Source: an uncultured delta proteobacterium (GTDB taxonomy: Bacteria > Desulfobacterota > Desulfuromonadia > Geobacterales > DSM-12255). From it: 64,000 nt of DNA. Within the stretch, counting starts at the first letter, position 1. Each line of letters starts with the position of its first letter. A program made the translations under genes and the position numbers. Under the pieces are notes generated by a model. The model made no database searches, was not told the origin of the DNA, and saw nothing but the letters and a program-made list of their open reading frames with translations. The stretch lies in the NCBI GenBank assembly GCA_963787125.1, contig CAWBBV010000023.1, positions 143,624 through 207,623 of the forward strand. The letters run 5' to 3'. Shown in pieces: positions 1 to 8,430 of this stretch.

Positions 1-791
1 GCGGCAGCCAGTATGGGCAAATACGGGAGACAGAGGCGTGGAGCAGGTTTGCCTGAGATTTCGGCCAGCATACCGAGTATTGCGGCAAGGCTTGTGTCTT
101 CGCCGCCAAGAATATATTTCTCTCCGACCCGCCCCCTCTTTGCCGCCAGGAGATGACCTTTGGCGCAATCTTCCACGGGAACCAGGTTGAGGCCGGTGTT
201 CAGGTAAGCCGGCATCCTGCCCGAGAGAAAATCTACAATAATTTTTCCGGTCGGTGTCGGTCTGATATCCAGCGGCCCGACCGGAGTCGACGGGTTGACG
301 ATTACCAGCGGCAGACCTTTAGCAAAAAACTTTTCAGCCTGGCCCTCGGCGAGAAACTTGCTCTTTTTGTAATCCCCGCACATGTCGGCACATGTTACCG
401 GAGTGTTTTCATCACCCGGGGTACCGTCGCCACGGTTACCGAGCGTCCCTACCGAACTGGTGTAGACCACCTTTTCCAGGCCGGCAGTAAGAGCCTCCTG
501 GAGGATGTTTTCCGTCCCGTCAACATTGGCGGCGTACATGGCGGCACGATTTTTAGTCCAGAGACGGTAGTCGGCAGCGGCATGAAAAAGGGTATCGCAA
601 TCCTTGAGAGCTGCTGCCAGAGACTGTCTGTCGAGAAGATCACCCGTCACTATCTCGGCGTCAATCCCGGCAAGATTCCTCCGGTCACTCCCCTGGCGAA
701 CCAGTACCCGGACGGAAGCGCCGTCTTTCAGGAGCTCACGGACGATATGTGCGCCGAGAAAACCGGTTGCGCCTGTTACAAGAGCTTTCAC
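1..791 (-). CDS. hpnA: Hopanoid-associated NAD-dependent sugar epimerase/dehydratase, 3' end outside window
   Basis: Not in ORF track. Read manually from GTG at 791: MKALVTGATGFLGAHIVRELLKDG (Rossmann GxxGxxG). AGGTGA SD upstream; downstream of shc. Confidence 0.8.
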   Translation of the reverse strand, partial: MKALVTGATGFLGAHIVRELLKDGASVRVLVRQGSDRRNLAGIDAEIVTGDLLDRQSLAAALKDCDTLFHAAADYRLWTKNRAAMYAANVDGTENILQEALTAGLEKVVYTSSVGTLGNRGDGTPGDENTPVTCADMCGDYKKSKFLAEGQAEKFFAKGLPLVIVNPSTPVGPLDIRPTPTGKIIVDFLSGRMPAYLNTGLNLVPVEDCAKGHLLAAKRGRVGEKYILGGEDTSLAAILGMLAEISGKPAPRLCLPYLPILAA

Positions 792-834
792 GAATCACCT
801 TACGATAAAAAAAAGACAGACCGACAATAACTGA

Positions 835-1179
835 TCATGCCCTCAGGAGCGTGCCCACACGTTTCAAAACCGTCAGAACCAGGTCGTTTGGCATATTGCA
901 GATGAATTCCGCTTGACGCACCCGCCAATCAAGGCTTTTCAGCTGGTCGGATAGAACCACACCGCTCACTGCCGCCCCTTGAGGAAGCGAAACTTCAAAA
1001 GGGTACCCCTTGACCTGGCTGGTTATTGGACAAAAGAGTGCCAAACCTGTTTTGTTGTTGTACGCCACCGGCGACACCACCAGCGCCGGACGTCGGCCCG
1101 CTTGTTCATGGACTGCCTGAGGATTAATGGCGAGCCAGACGATATCACCCTGACTGGGCACATAGGGCGCGCTTACCAT
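835..1179 (-). CDS. mazF: MazF/PemK family endoribonuclease toxin
   Basis: YVPSQGDIVW..PQAVHEQAGRRPALVVSP..YN; overlaps antitoxin stop. Confidence 0.92.
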   Translation of the reverse strand: MVSAPYVPSQGDIVWLAINPQAVHEQAGRRPALVVSPVAYNNKTGLALFCPITSQVKGYPFEVSLPQGAAVSGVVLSDQLKSLDWRVRQAEFICNMPNDLVLTVLKRVGTLLRA

Positions 1180-1415
1180 GCTTCATTGCCAACGACTGCG
1201 CCAGTGGCCTGTTCCTGATGCAGGTTCTCGGGCGTAATCCCGGCAAGCAGCATCTCCAGGGTCGGCTCGTCAGGTTCGAGCGGTGTTATAACAAGTTTGC
1301 CCTTGACCTCGGCAATATCAACTCTGCTTCCCGGCTGGATACAGGCATGTTTGGCAAAGGCGCTGGGGATGCGCAACGCCAGACTATGGCCCCACTTTTG
1401 AACTCGTGCTTCCAT
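1173..1415 (-). CDS. mazE: AbrB/MazE family antitoxin (80 aa)
   Basis: MEARVQKWGHSLALRIP..TLEMLLAGITPENLH; ATG at 1415 chosen over the longer track start. Confidence 0.9.
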   Translation of the reverse strand: MEARVQKWGHSLALRIPSAFAKHACIQPGSRVDIAEVKGKLVITPLEPDEPTLEMLLAGITPENLHQEQATGAVVGNEAW

Positions 1416-1494
1416 AAGTTCCCCCTTCACATGTAGATACATTGAAGATACAAGCTGCGCTTCGGCAAAGCAATCTAAAAAGAGCCGGGTCGTG

Positions 1495-1549
1495 GCCATT
1501 AGTCCTTCTCCCTGGAGGACCCTTTGGGGCCTAAAGGAGAAGGTGGCCG
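1495..1549. repeat. Partial REP-like palindrome (type B) with an 18-bp insertion; direct repeat of 1985-2021
   Basis: gccattagtccttctccctggagg identical at 1495-1518 and 1985-2008; gagaaggtggccg resumes after the insert at 1519-1536. Confidence 0.9.
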
Positions 1550-1915
1550 CCCTGCAGTTAACTGTCGATAAATCTCTTCGAGAATGGTATCCGTATTATT
1601 CAAGAATTCATGATTCCAGAATCTGATAATCCTGATGCCGGAGCCATTCAGAATTTTTTCTCGCGCTTTGTCATATGCAATCTGTTCATCCTCAGCATGA
1701 CCACCGCCATCTAGTTCAATCGCAAGATTAACTTCGTCGCAGAAGAAATCAATGATATAGCCTGCAATCGGAAACTGCCGCCGGAATTTGAAACCGCAGA
1801 AATTGCGATTACGCAGTAGCTGCCACATAAGCTGCTCGGCGTCAGTCTGCTCCTTGCGCATCTTTCTGGCAAATTGAAGTAACGGTGGTGGCAGTGCCAC
1901 GGTTTCACCTCGCAT
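1499..1915 (-). CDS. DUF559 family (Vsr-like) endonuclease
   Basis: ARKMRKEQTDAEQLMW..KFRRQFPI..YIIDFFC..LAIELDGGGH..IRFWN. Confidence 0.9.
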   Translation of the reverse strand: MRGETVALPPPLLQFARKMRKEQTDAEQLMWQLLRNRNFCGFKFRRQFPIAGYIIDFFCDEVNLAIELDGGGHAEDEQIAYDKAREKILNGSGIRIIRFWNHEFLNNTDTILEEIYRQLTAGRPPSPLGPKGSSREKD

Positions 1916-1916
1916 T

Positions 1917-1952
1917 CCCCCTCACCCCGACCCTCTCCCTTCAGGGAGAGGG
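1917..1952. repeat. REP-like palindrome type A (CCCTCACCC..CCCTCTCCC-loop-GGGAGAGGG)
   Basis: Visible hairpin; related copies at 4658, 54278, 58360. Confidence 0.9.
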
Positions 1953-1984
1953 AGCTTTCAACCCTCGGCTTTCCTGGGTGGTGC

Positions 1985-2038
1985 GCCATTAGTCCTTCTC
2001 CCTGGAGGGAGAAGGTGGCCGAAGGCCGGATGAGGGGG
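1985..2038. repeat. REP-like palindrome type B, reverse orientation
   Basis: ccttctccc-tgga-gggagaagg plus ggccgaaggcc hairpin; near-perfect inverted copy at 4721-4770. Confidence 0.9.
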
Positions 2039-2080
2039 TCTGTCTTGCAGTAAACTAAAAAGAGTCAAAAAGTCAAAGGC

Positions 2081-4318
2081 TCAATACTGTCCTGACCTGA
2101 CCGGCCACAAATACTGGCTGCGGTACTCATTGCCGTAGTCCACATTACCATCTATCATATCCACGTACCAGACGTAGTCATAGTCATTGAAGTGATTCAT
2201 GTAGGTAGTAGCGGACCAGTACCTCCTCGCTTGAACCAGAGAAAAACCATTAGAGTTGAAATGTTCTGCCGGACGAGAACCGCCTTGTTTAGCAAATGCT
2301 GCCAATTCATCTTTGGTTGGCAGGCGCCAGTCACTGTAATCGCCATAGGTAAGCTTGGCCGTCCAGTCCATTGCCCTCTGCCAGGTCATCTCTTTGCCGG
2401 CAAGATTACCGTTGCGCACCCACTGCAGGCCGGTAGATTGATCGGTGTAAATTAACCGGTCCCTTTCTTTTGCAACCAGCCCAACATTGATTTTCCTCTC
2501 CGCCGCTGTCATAAACTCGCCGTTTTCCAACGTCAGCATACTTTTGTCAGCATCACTCAATAAAGCCACCTGCACCGCTTCACCACTGCCGGTCTTCACC
2601 ACTACAGCTGGACGAATCGCCCCGGCCTGGTACTGCTGCTTGAAGCTTTTCGCCTTGTCTTTGGGAAGCGGAACCGTGCCGTTTATGGCCAGTTTGACCA
2701 GTACACTCTTACTCTTCAGGGTGACCGGGAAACTCAGCTTGTCGGCGTCATACTGCCCCAGCTCCAGTGAGATGGTTTCAGCGCCTAATTTAAATTCTTT
2801 CTCCGATAACTTCCTGATAGCCTCTTTCAGCGGCGCTGTTTCCGCTGCCGCTGCATTTTGCGGGGTGAGCGCCGCCAGTTCGGCTTTCTGCTGGCTGCTC
2901 AGCTGCGTTTCTTCTTTACTAATTCGCTCCTTGAATTCCCTACTGCTTTCAAATTCATCTTTTGTCTGCTTTGCCAGCGCTGCCAGTTTGCCGGCATAGC
3001 GGCTTTCGATCTTCAGGCGGCTGTCAGCCAGCTCCTTTTCAAAAGTGCCTTCAATCTCGGCAATCCGGGCGTTAAGCCGCTTGATCTCCGCCACGGCCGC
3101 TTCAAGGGTGTCAGTCTTGGCACTGCTCTGCACCTGCTGGCGCCTCTTGGCAACATCATCTTTCAATTTGGCAAGCTTCTGCTCGTCTTCGCCTTTCAAA
3201 CGCGCCAGCTTATGACGGTCTTGCTCATCTTCTAGCCGCTTCTGCGCTTCCAGCGCCAGTTGCTGATCCCTCAGTTGAGCGGCTTTCAGCTTGGCTTCGC
3301 CGCTTTTTCTGGCCAGAGCCGCCTCCTGAAGTTTGCTGGCATCATTAGCCTTGATGGCAGCGGCTTCACTGGCTTCCAGTTCACTCTGTTCCTTCTCCAG
3401 CTTTGCTATGTCGGCTTTGGTGTCGGCTGCCTGCTGTTGTATATTGGGAATAAAAACAAAATCACCGCTGCCGTAGAGAGTGCCGTAGCCGGGGGTCTGT
3501 TCGTGACCTCTGGCACGGGCGTCCTGATAAACCCGCTCTTTGAGGATCGCCTGGATTTCATTGGCAGTGATGTAGTCGCCAGCGGCTTCCAGCGCTTCAA
3601 TCAGCCTGCCGGTAAAGACGGAATGGCCCCGAGGGCCGCCGTCAAGGGCTTCCTGGCCCTTGCTGCCGGCGGTCAGTACCTGGCGGACGCGCTCTTTAGT
3701 GATCTCTTTCAGGTAGGCCAGGTCGCGGTTAACTTTCTTGTCAACCGCCCGACTGGTCAAGAGGCCGGAATAGCAGGCATCAAAAGCGTAGAAGACATGC
3801 TTGGCGGGGATGGCTTTGGAAATGTCGTTTTTGAGCTGATCCATGGTGACATTGCCGTAGATACCGTCGGCATTGCCGTCATGGGGGATAAGGTAGCCGA
3901 GTTCCCCTTCGTCGGTCTTCTCCTGGTTGCCGTGCCCGGCCCAGAAGATGAACAGGGCGTCTTCTTTGCCGATAGTTTTTGGCAGTTCCTTGGTGAGGAG
4001 GCGCATGATCTGGTCGCGGCTGGCATCGCTATCAAAGAGGGTGTAGATCTTGTCAAAGCGGTAGTTGCGCTTGAGGGTTGCCTCTATCCCTTTGGCGTCA
4101 CGCACGGCGTAGGCGAGTTGCCGGTCAGGAGGGAGGTTCTGGTAGCGGTCAATGCCGATAATAACGGCGTAACTTTTGTTGTAAAGCTTGACTTCACCTG
4201 TCTGGTTGGTAGCGCTCTCTCTGGCAACAACTGTCAGCCCGCGTGTTTCGGCGGCTTGCAGGGGGAGGGCGGAGAGGGAGAAAAGGAGTGTGACGATTGC
4301 ACTAAAGAGTAGCCGCAT
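2081..4318 (-). CDS. Exported caspase-family (peptidase C14) protein with long coiled coil and C-terminal DUF1566/Lcl-like domain
   Basis: Signal peptide; YAVIIGIDRY, WAGHG and DACYSG dyad; helical A/K/E-rich middle; D..TGLQW, DWRLPT..EL, YWSAT, YLWPVR. Confidence 0.85.
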   Translation of the reverse strand: MRLLFSAIVTLLFSLSALPLQAAETRGLTVVARESATNQTGEVKLYNKSYAVIIGIDRYQNLPPDRQLAYAVRDAKGIEATLKRNYRFDKIYTLFDSDASRDQIMRLLTKELPKTIGKEDALFIFWAGHGNQEKTDEGELGYLIPHDGNADGIYGNVTMDQLKNDISKAIPAKHVFYAFDACYSGLLTSRAVDKKVNRDLAYLKEITKERVRQVLTAGSKGQEALDGGPRGHSVFTGRLIEALEAAGDYITANEIQAILKERVYQDARARGHEQTPGYGTLYGSGDFVFIPNIQQQAADTKADIAKLEKEQSELEASEAAAIKANDASKLQEAALARKSGEAKLKAAQLRDQQLALEAQKRLEDEQDRHKLARLKGEDEQKLAKLKDDVAKRRQQVQSSAKTDTLEAAVAEIKRLNARIAEIEGTFEKELADSRLKIESRYAGKLAALAKQTKDEFESSREFKERISKEETQLSSQQKAELAALTPQNAAAAETAPLKEAIRKLSEKEFKLGAETISLELGQYDADKLSFPVTLKSKSVLVKLAINGTVPLPKDKAKSFKQQYQAGAIRPAVVVKTGSGEAVQVALLSDADKSMLTLENGEFMTAAERKINVGLVAKERDRLIYTDQSTGLQWVRNGNLAGKEMTWQRAMDWTAKLTYGDYSDWRLPTKDELAAFAKQGGSRPAEHFNSNGFSLVQARRYWSATTYMNHFNDYDYVWYVDMIDGNVDYGNEYRSQYLWPVRSGQY

Positions 4319-4353
4319 GAAAATCTCCGGGTTTAGAATTTTTCTAGCAGGGA

Positions 4354-4581
4354 TCAGGCAAAAACAGTAACTTCAACCGGACGTTTTACCGCAAAACTGT
4401 GCCGGTGCATCTTGATTCTCTCAATTTCGTGGAGTGTTTCCGCCTTGATATAGGTCTCACCACACGCTGGGCACGATTGAACCGGAATATCCTCAATGAT
4501 TAGCAGATCCTTTTTCTTCCCGAAACTTCTGGTCACCTGTTTGGTATGCACTCCATCTTTTCCACAAAAATCGCAAATCAT
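4354..4581 (-). CDS. YgiT-type zinc-finger protein (MqsA N-terminal-like antitoxin)
   Basis: MICDFC..IIEDIPVQSCPACGETY; two CxxC motifs; start at ATG 4581. Confidence 0.85.
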   Translation of the reverse strand: MICDFCGKDGVHTKQVTRSFGKKKDLLIIEDIPVQSCPACGETYIKAETLHEIERIKMHRHSFAVKRPVEVTVFA

Positions 4582-4657
4582 GGCCGCCCTCCATTTTTCA
4601 TGATGCATAAACTGTAACCTGATTAGCGCCAATCTTCAGCTAAAGACATAATAAAGT

Positions 4658-4693
4658 CCCCTCTCCCTGAGGGAGAGGGTTAGGGTGAGGGGG
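4658..4693. repeat. REP-like palindrome type A, reverse orientation
   Basis: ccctctccc-tga-gggagaggg followed by ttagggtgagggg. Confidence 0.9.
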
Positions 4694-4720
4694 AACCGAC
4701 TGAATATATTAAGATTTTAC

Positions 4721-4770
4721 TCCCCCTCATCCGGCCTTCGGCCACCTTCTCCCTCAGGGAGAAGGGACTA
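4721..4770. repeat. REP-like palindrome type B, forward orientation
   Basis: ccccctcatccggccttcggccaccttctccctcagggagaagggacta. Confidence 0.9.
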
Positions 4771-4788
4771 GCAGAAAATGATGGATAA

Positions 4789-4875
4789 TCAGGAACAGTG
4801 ATAATAACCATCTTGCTGGTAACACTTATCCAGTCTGACGGCTTCTTTGAATTGCTTTAAGATGCGAGAATACAT
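4789..4875 (-). pseudogene. Internally deleted DUF4258-like toxin remnant
   Basis: AGGAGA SD + MYSRILKQFKEAVRL joined out of frame to TSKMVIITV, resembling the two ends of DUF4258 proteins; upstream of the YgiT gene. Confidence 0.6.
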
Positions 4876-4889
4876 GCAAGTCTCCTGAC

Positions 4890-6920
4890 CTACGAGTTCG
4901 ATTCCGAGTGGGCAATGGAATATTTCATTCGCCGGTACGTCCCCAGCGCCGAAAGCGGAAAACAGTTCCGGTAGATGTGATACCTGATCATGAAGTATTT
5001 CGGGAAACCGGTGCCGGTAAACTGCTCTTCATCCCAGGTGCCGTCAAATTTCTGGGTTGTCAGGAGATAATCGATCCCGCGCCTCACAGCAGGCGATTCA
5101 ACTTCATTGACCGCCATGAGCGCCAGCAGCGCCCAGCCGGTCTGGGACGGAGTGCTGACGCCTATCCCGGCCAGAGATGGATTATGGTAGGATTCACAGC
5201 TCTCGCCCCAGCCACCGTCCAGATTCTGCTTCGACTTGAGCCAGTTGACAGCGTGCTGGATATAGGGCTGCGACAGATCCTCTCCGATGGAAGCCAAGCC
5301 GCACAGCACAGACCAGGTGCCGTAGAGATAGTTGACCCCCCAGCGTCCCCACCATGGGCCGCTTTTGTCCTGCTCTTTCTTGATGAAAGCGAGGCCACGG
5401 GCTGCGGCCGGGTGACTCTTTTCATAGCCGAAACTCCCCATCAGTTCCAGCATCCGTCCGGTCAGGTCGGCTGTCGGCGGGTCTATGAGCGCTTCGAGAT
5501 CGGCAAAGGGAATTTTGTTTAAGAGATGCTTGGTGTTGTCCCGGTCAAATGCCCCCCAGCCGCCGTTTTTGCTCTGCATGCCGAGGCACCAGGCAAGTCC
5601 GCGCTTGATCGCCGCATCACGGGTTTTCGGGGTTTTCACGGCAATATTTTTTATCGCCATCATGACAAAAGCGGAATCATCTACATCCGGATACCAGTCG
5701 TTCTGGAATTCAAAGGCCCAGCCACCGGGAGAGAGTTCAGCCGCCTTGATCTTCCAGTCGCCGTTTTTCGTGACTTCCCGCTCCAGAAGCCACTCCGCAC
5801 CTTTTGACAAAGCTCTGTGCGTGGGCGGCAGACCGGAGTCCGAGAGCGCTTTCAGTGCCAGCGCCGTATCCCAGACTGGTGAAACACACGACTGGAGCAG
5901 CAGGGTGTCGTCAGTCTCGATGGTGAAGTTATTTAATGCTTCCAGCCCTTTGACGATTGCCGGGTGTTCGTTGGCATAGCCGAGACAGTGCAGCGCCAGA
6001 ATCGAATTGAGCATTGCCGGCTGGATGCCTCCCCAGTCGCCTGACTGCTCCTGATGCTCAAGTATCCAGCGCTCGGCAGCGGCAACTCCCCGTTGTCTCA
6101 AGGGCCGGACAGGGCTTTTTTCGTAAACTTTGAGAAAGTGATCGACGCCAATAAAGAAATTCTTCCAGGTTAAAAGGCCGTCTTCCTTGGTAAAGGTGTA
6201 ATCGGTAGGTCTGGGCGGGCGGACATAAAGTTCGCTGACCGTACCATTGCCGGGAAAAGGTTTAACCGGCCTCGCATCCATGACGACTGACAGCGGGATG
6301 ATTGTGGCGCGTGACCAGCTGGACAGCTCGTACATGTTGAAGTATGCCCAGTCCGGGAGGAGCATCAGCTCTATCGGCATGGACGGGACACCGAACCAGG
6401 CGAACTGACCAAAGAGTGCCAGGAATATCTTGGTAAAGACCCGGCATTTTATGATGCCGCCCTTTGCCAGAATAAAGGCGCGTGCCTTTGTCATGGCCGG
6501 ATTGTCCGCCGACAGCCCGGCAAGCTTCAGGGCGAAGTAAGCTTCCACTGTTGTCGAGAGATCACCCGGGCCGCCGAAGTAAATGCACCAAAAGCCATCT
6601 TTTGTCTGCTTGGAAAGGAGGTATGTGGCCAGCTTTTGCTCTCTGTCCTTGTCGACCATGCCGAGCAGGTGAAACAGCAGCAGGTATTCGGCTGTTATGG
6701 TGACATTGGATTCAAGCTCTGCCCACCAGTAGCCCTGTGGCAGTTGCTGGCGCAAAAAGAACTCCTGACTCTTTTTGACAGCAAGGTCGAGCGGTGAGGC
6801 AGGTTCATCCTTCATCTTGCTACTGGGGTGAAGGTAGTGAATCTTCTCACTTTGCCTGGTCGGTGGCGCTAACTCCGGAAAAGAGGTCAGTCCGGATGAA
6901 ATGGATTTTATGGATGACAT
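4890..6920 (-). CDS. shc: Squalene-hopene cyclase
   Basis: YPDVDDSA (DxDD), repeated QxxxGxW motifs, SPVWDT. Confidence 0.97.
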   Translation of the reverse strand: MSSIKSISSGLTSFPELAPPTRQSEKIHYLHPSSKMKDEPASPLDLAVKKSQEFFLRQQLPQGYWWAELESNVTITAEYLLLFHLLGMVDKDREQKLATYLLSKQTKDGFWCIYFGGPGDLSTTVEAYFALKLAGLSADNPAMTKARAFILAKGGIIKCRVFTKIFLALFGQFAWFGVPSMPIELMLLPDWAYFNMYELSSWSRATIIPLSVVMDARPVKPFPGNGTVSELYVRPPRPTDYTFTKEDGLLTWKNFFIGVDHFLKVYEKSPVRPLRQRGVAAAERWILEHQEQSGDWGGIQPAMLNSILALHCLGYANEHPAIVKGLEALNNFTIETDDTLLLQSCVSPVWDTALALKALSDSGLPPTHRALSKGAEWLLEREVTKNGDWKIKAAELSPGGWAFEFQNDWYPDVDDSAFVMMAIKNIAVKTPKTRDAAIKRGLAWCLGMQSKNGGWGAFDRDNTKHLLNKIPFADLEALIDPPTADLTGRMLELMGSFGYEKSHPAAARGLAFIKKEQDKSGPWWGRWGVNYLYGTWSVLCGLASIGEDLSQPYIQHAVNWLKSKQNLDGGWGESCESYHNPSLAGIGVSTPSQTGWALLALMAVNEVESPAVRRGIDYLLTTQKFDGTWDEEQFTGTGFPKYFMIRYHIYRNCFPLSALGTYRRMKYSIAHSESNS

Positions 6921-6986
6921 AACTTGAATCTATTAGCATAATTGGCTGAAAAGAGATAGGGATTTGAAACTGTTAAAGGAGTAGCG

Positions 6987-7571
6987 ATGAACCTTTCGGG
7001 ATTGTCCGGCGCTGTGCCGCTGGCGCACAGTTTTCTGCGGGAGCGGCTCAAGCCGGGTGACAAGGCTGTTGATGCGACCTGTGGCAACGGTCAGGATACG
7101 CTGCTTTTGGCTGAAATTGTTGGCAGTCAGGGTAAAGTCTGGGCTTTTGATATTCAGGGTAGTGCCCTTGCCAATAGCAGAGCCAGGCTTGCAGCTGCAG
7201 ATCTTGACAGCAGTGTGACGTTTGTTCATGCCGGTCATGAGCGGCTGGCAGAGTTTGTCAGTGAAGAGGTAAAGGCAATAGTTTTTAATCTCGGTTATCT
7301 ACCGACGGGCGACCGGGAAATCAAGACAACTGCCGCAACAACCGTGGCGGCGCTGGAACAGTCAACCGGGCTGCTGCTCCCGGCAGGACTGATCGTCATT
7401 GCGATTTATACCGGTCATGGCGGCGGCGGGGAGGAGTGGCTGGCTGTGAAAGAGTGGGCCGAAAGGCTCCATCCCCATAAATTCAATGTCTGGCAGTCAA
7501 GGCAGTTGAACCGGAGTGATAAGGCGCCATTTCTGGTGGTAGTGGAAAAAATGCTGCTCAGCCAAACTTGA
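6987..7571 (+). CDS. Class I SAM-dependent RNA methyltransferase (YtqB/MnmM-like)
   Basis: VDATCGNGQDT, FDIQ, FNLGYLP, YTGH.GG.EE. Confidence 0.85.
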   Translation: MNLSGLSGAVPLAHSFLRERLKPGDKAVDATCGNGQDTLLLAEIVGSQGKVWAFDIQGSALANSRARLAAADLDSSVTFVHAGHERLAEFVSEEVKAIVFNLGYLPTGDREIKTTAATTVAALEQSTGLLLPAGLIVIAIYTGHGGGGEEWLAVKEWAERLHPHKFNVWQSRQLNRSDKAPFLVVVEKMLLSQT

Positions 7572-8430
7572 TCAGAAACGCCCCGACAAGAATGAGGGCG
7601 GCTGAGGCAAGGCGTATCCTGCCGTAGGACTCTTTCAGAAAGATCATGCCGAGCAGCACCCCGAAGAGGATGCTTACCTGCCTGACCGGTACGGCATAAC
7701 TGACCGGCGCCATTTTCAGCCCGTAGCGAAAGGCGATGAAGGAGGCCATCAGTACCGGGCCGCTGATCAGAATCAGCCGCCAGTTGGTGTGCCATTCGGC
7801 TCTGACCTTGTTTTTGTAGCGGCTGCGGAGCAGGTTCAGCGACATCAGGACAAACATCACCAGCACCATCATCCAGGTGAAGTAGAGCGGCGAATACTGC
7901 TGCACTCCGGCTTTGTCGAACATGACGCCGAACGAATAGACAAAACCGGCGGCCAGCGCGAATCTGACCGTCGGTTCACCCAGATTGCGAAACGGCCGCA
8001 TAAGTTCATCAAGGCTGAATTTATGCAGCTGCACCGAATAAGCCCCCAGAAGGACCAGCGCAATGCCGCTTCCCCCCAGGATAGAGAAACTTTCACCCAT
8101 GATGATCATCCCCCAGAGCGGGACGTACAGCATCGAAGTCTGACACAAAGGGTAGGTAAGGGAGATGTCGCCGGAGCTGTATGATCTGCCGGTCAGGAGG
8201 TGGTAGAGTGTGAAGCAGCTGCCGCCGCCAAGCGCCATCAGCATGACCCTGCAGTCAGGGATTGGCAGCGGCTGCCGGATCAGGAGCAGCAGCAGGGTGA
8301 ACATCAGGCCGGAGCTGACGAACATCCACCAGATAAAGACAGTCTTCTGGCTGCTCTTCTTGACGAGAAGATTCCAGATGGCGTGCATGATCGAGGAGAA
8401 AATGATAAGGGTGAAAGCGAGGTTGCTCAT
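7558..8430 (-). CDS. EamA/DMT family transporter
   Basis: HAIWNLLVK, GDISLTYPL, about 10 TM segments. Confidence 0.88.
   Translation of the reverse strand: MSNLAFTLIIFSSIMHAIWNLLVKKSSQKTVFIWWMFVSSGLMFTLLLLLIRQPLPIPDCRVMLMALGGGSCFTLYHLLTGRSYSSGDISLTYPLCQTSMLYVPLWGMIIMGESFSILGGSGIALVLLGAYSVQLHKFSLDELMRPFRNLGEPTVRFALAAGFVYSFGVMFDKAGVQQYSPLYFTWMMVLVMFVLMSLNLLRSRYKNKVRAEWHTNWRLILISGPVLMASFIAFRYGLKMAPVSYAVPVRQVSILFGVLLGMIFLKESYGRIRLASAALILVGAFLIKFG

Noticed and set aside
153..830. 225-aa plus-strand ORF
   Set aside because: Antisense shadow of hpnA on the minus strand.
3260..4312. Long antisense ORFs (also 8527-9552, 50947-51900, 56982-57758, 61367-62746)
   Set aside because: Shadows of recognisable genes on the other strand, with no motifs of their own.
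1495..4770. CRISPR array or classical integron
   Set aside because: Repeats are few, irregularly spaced and in mixed orientation; no cas or intI gene; attC structure not recognised.
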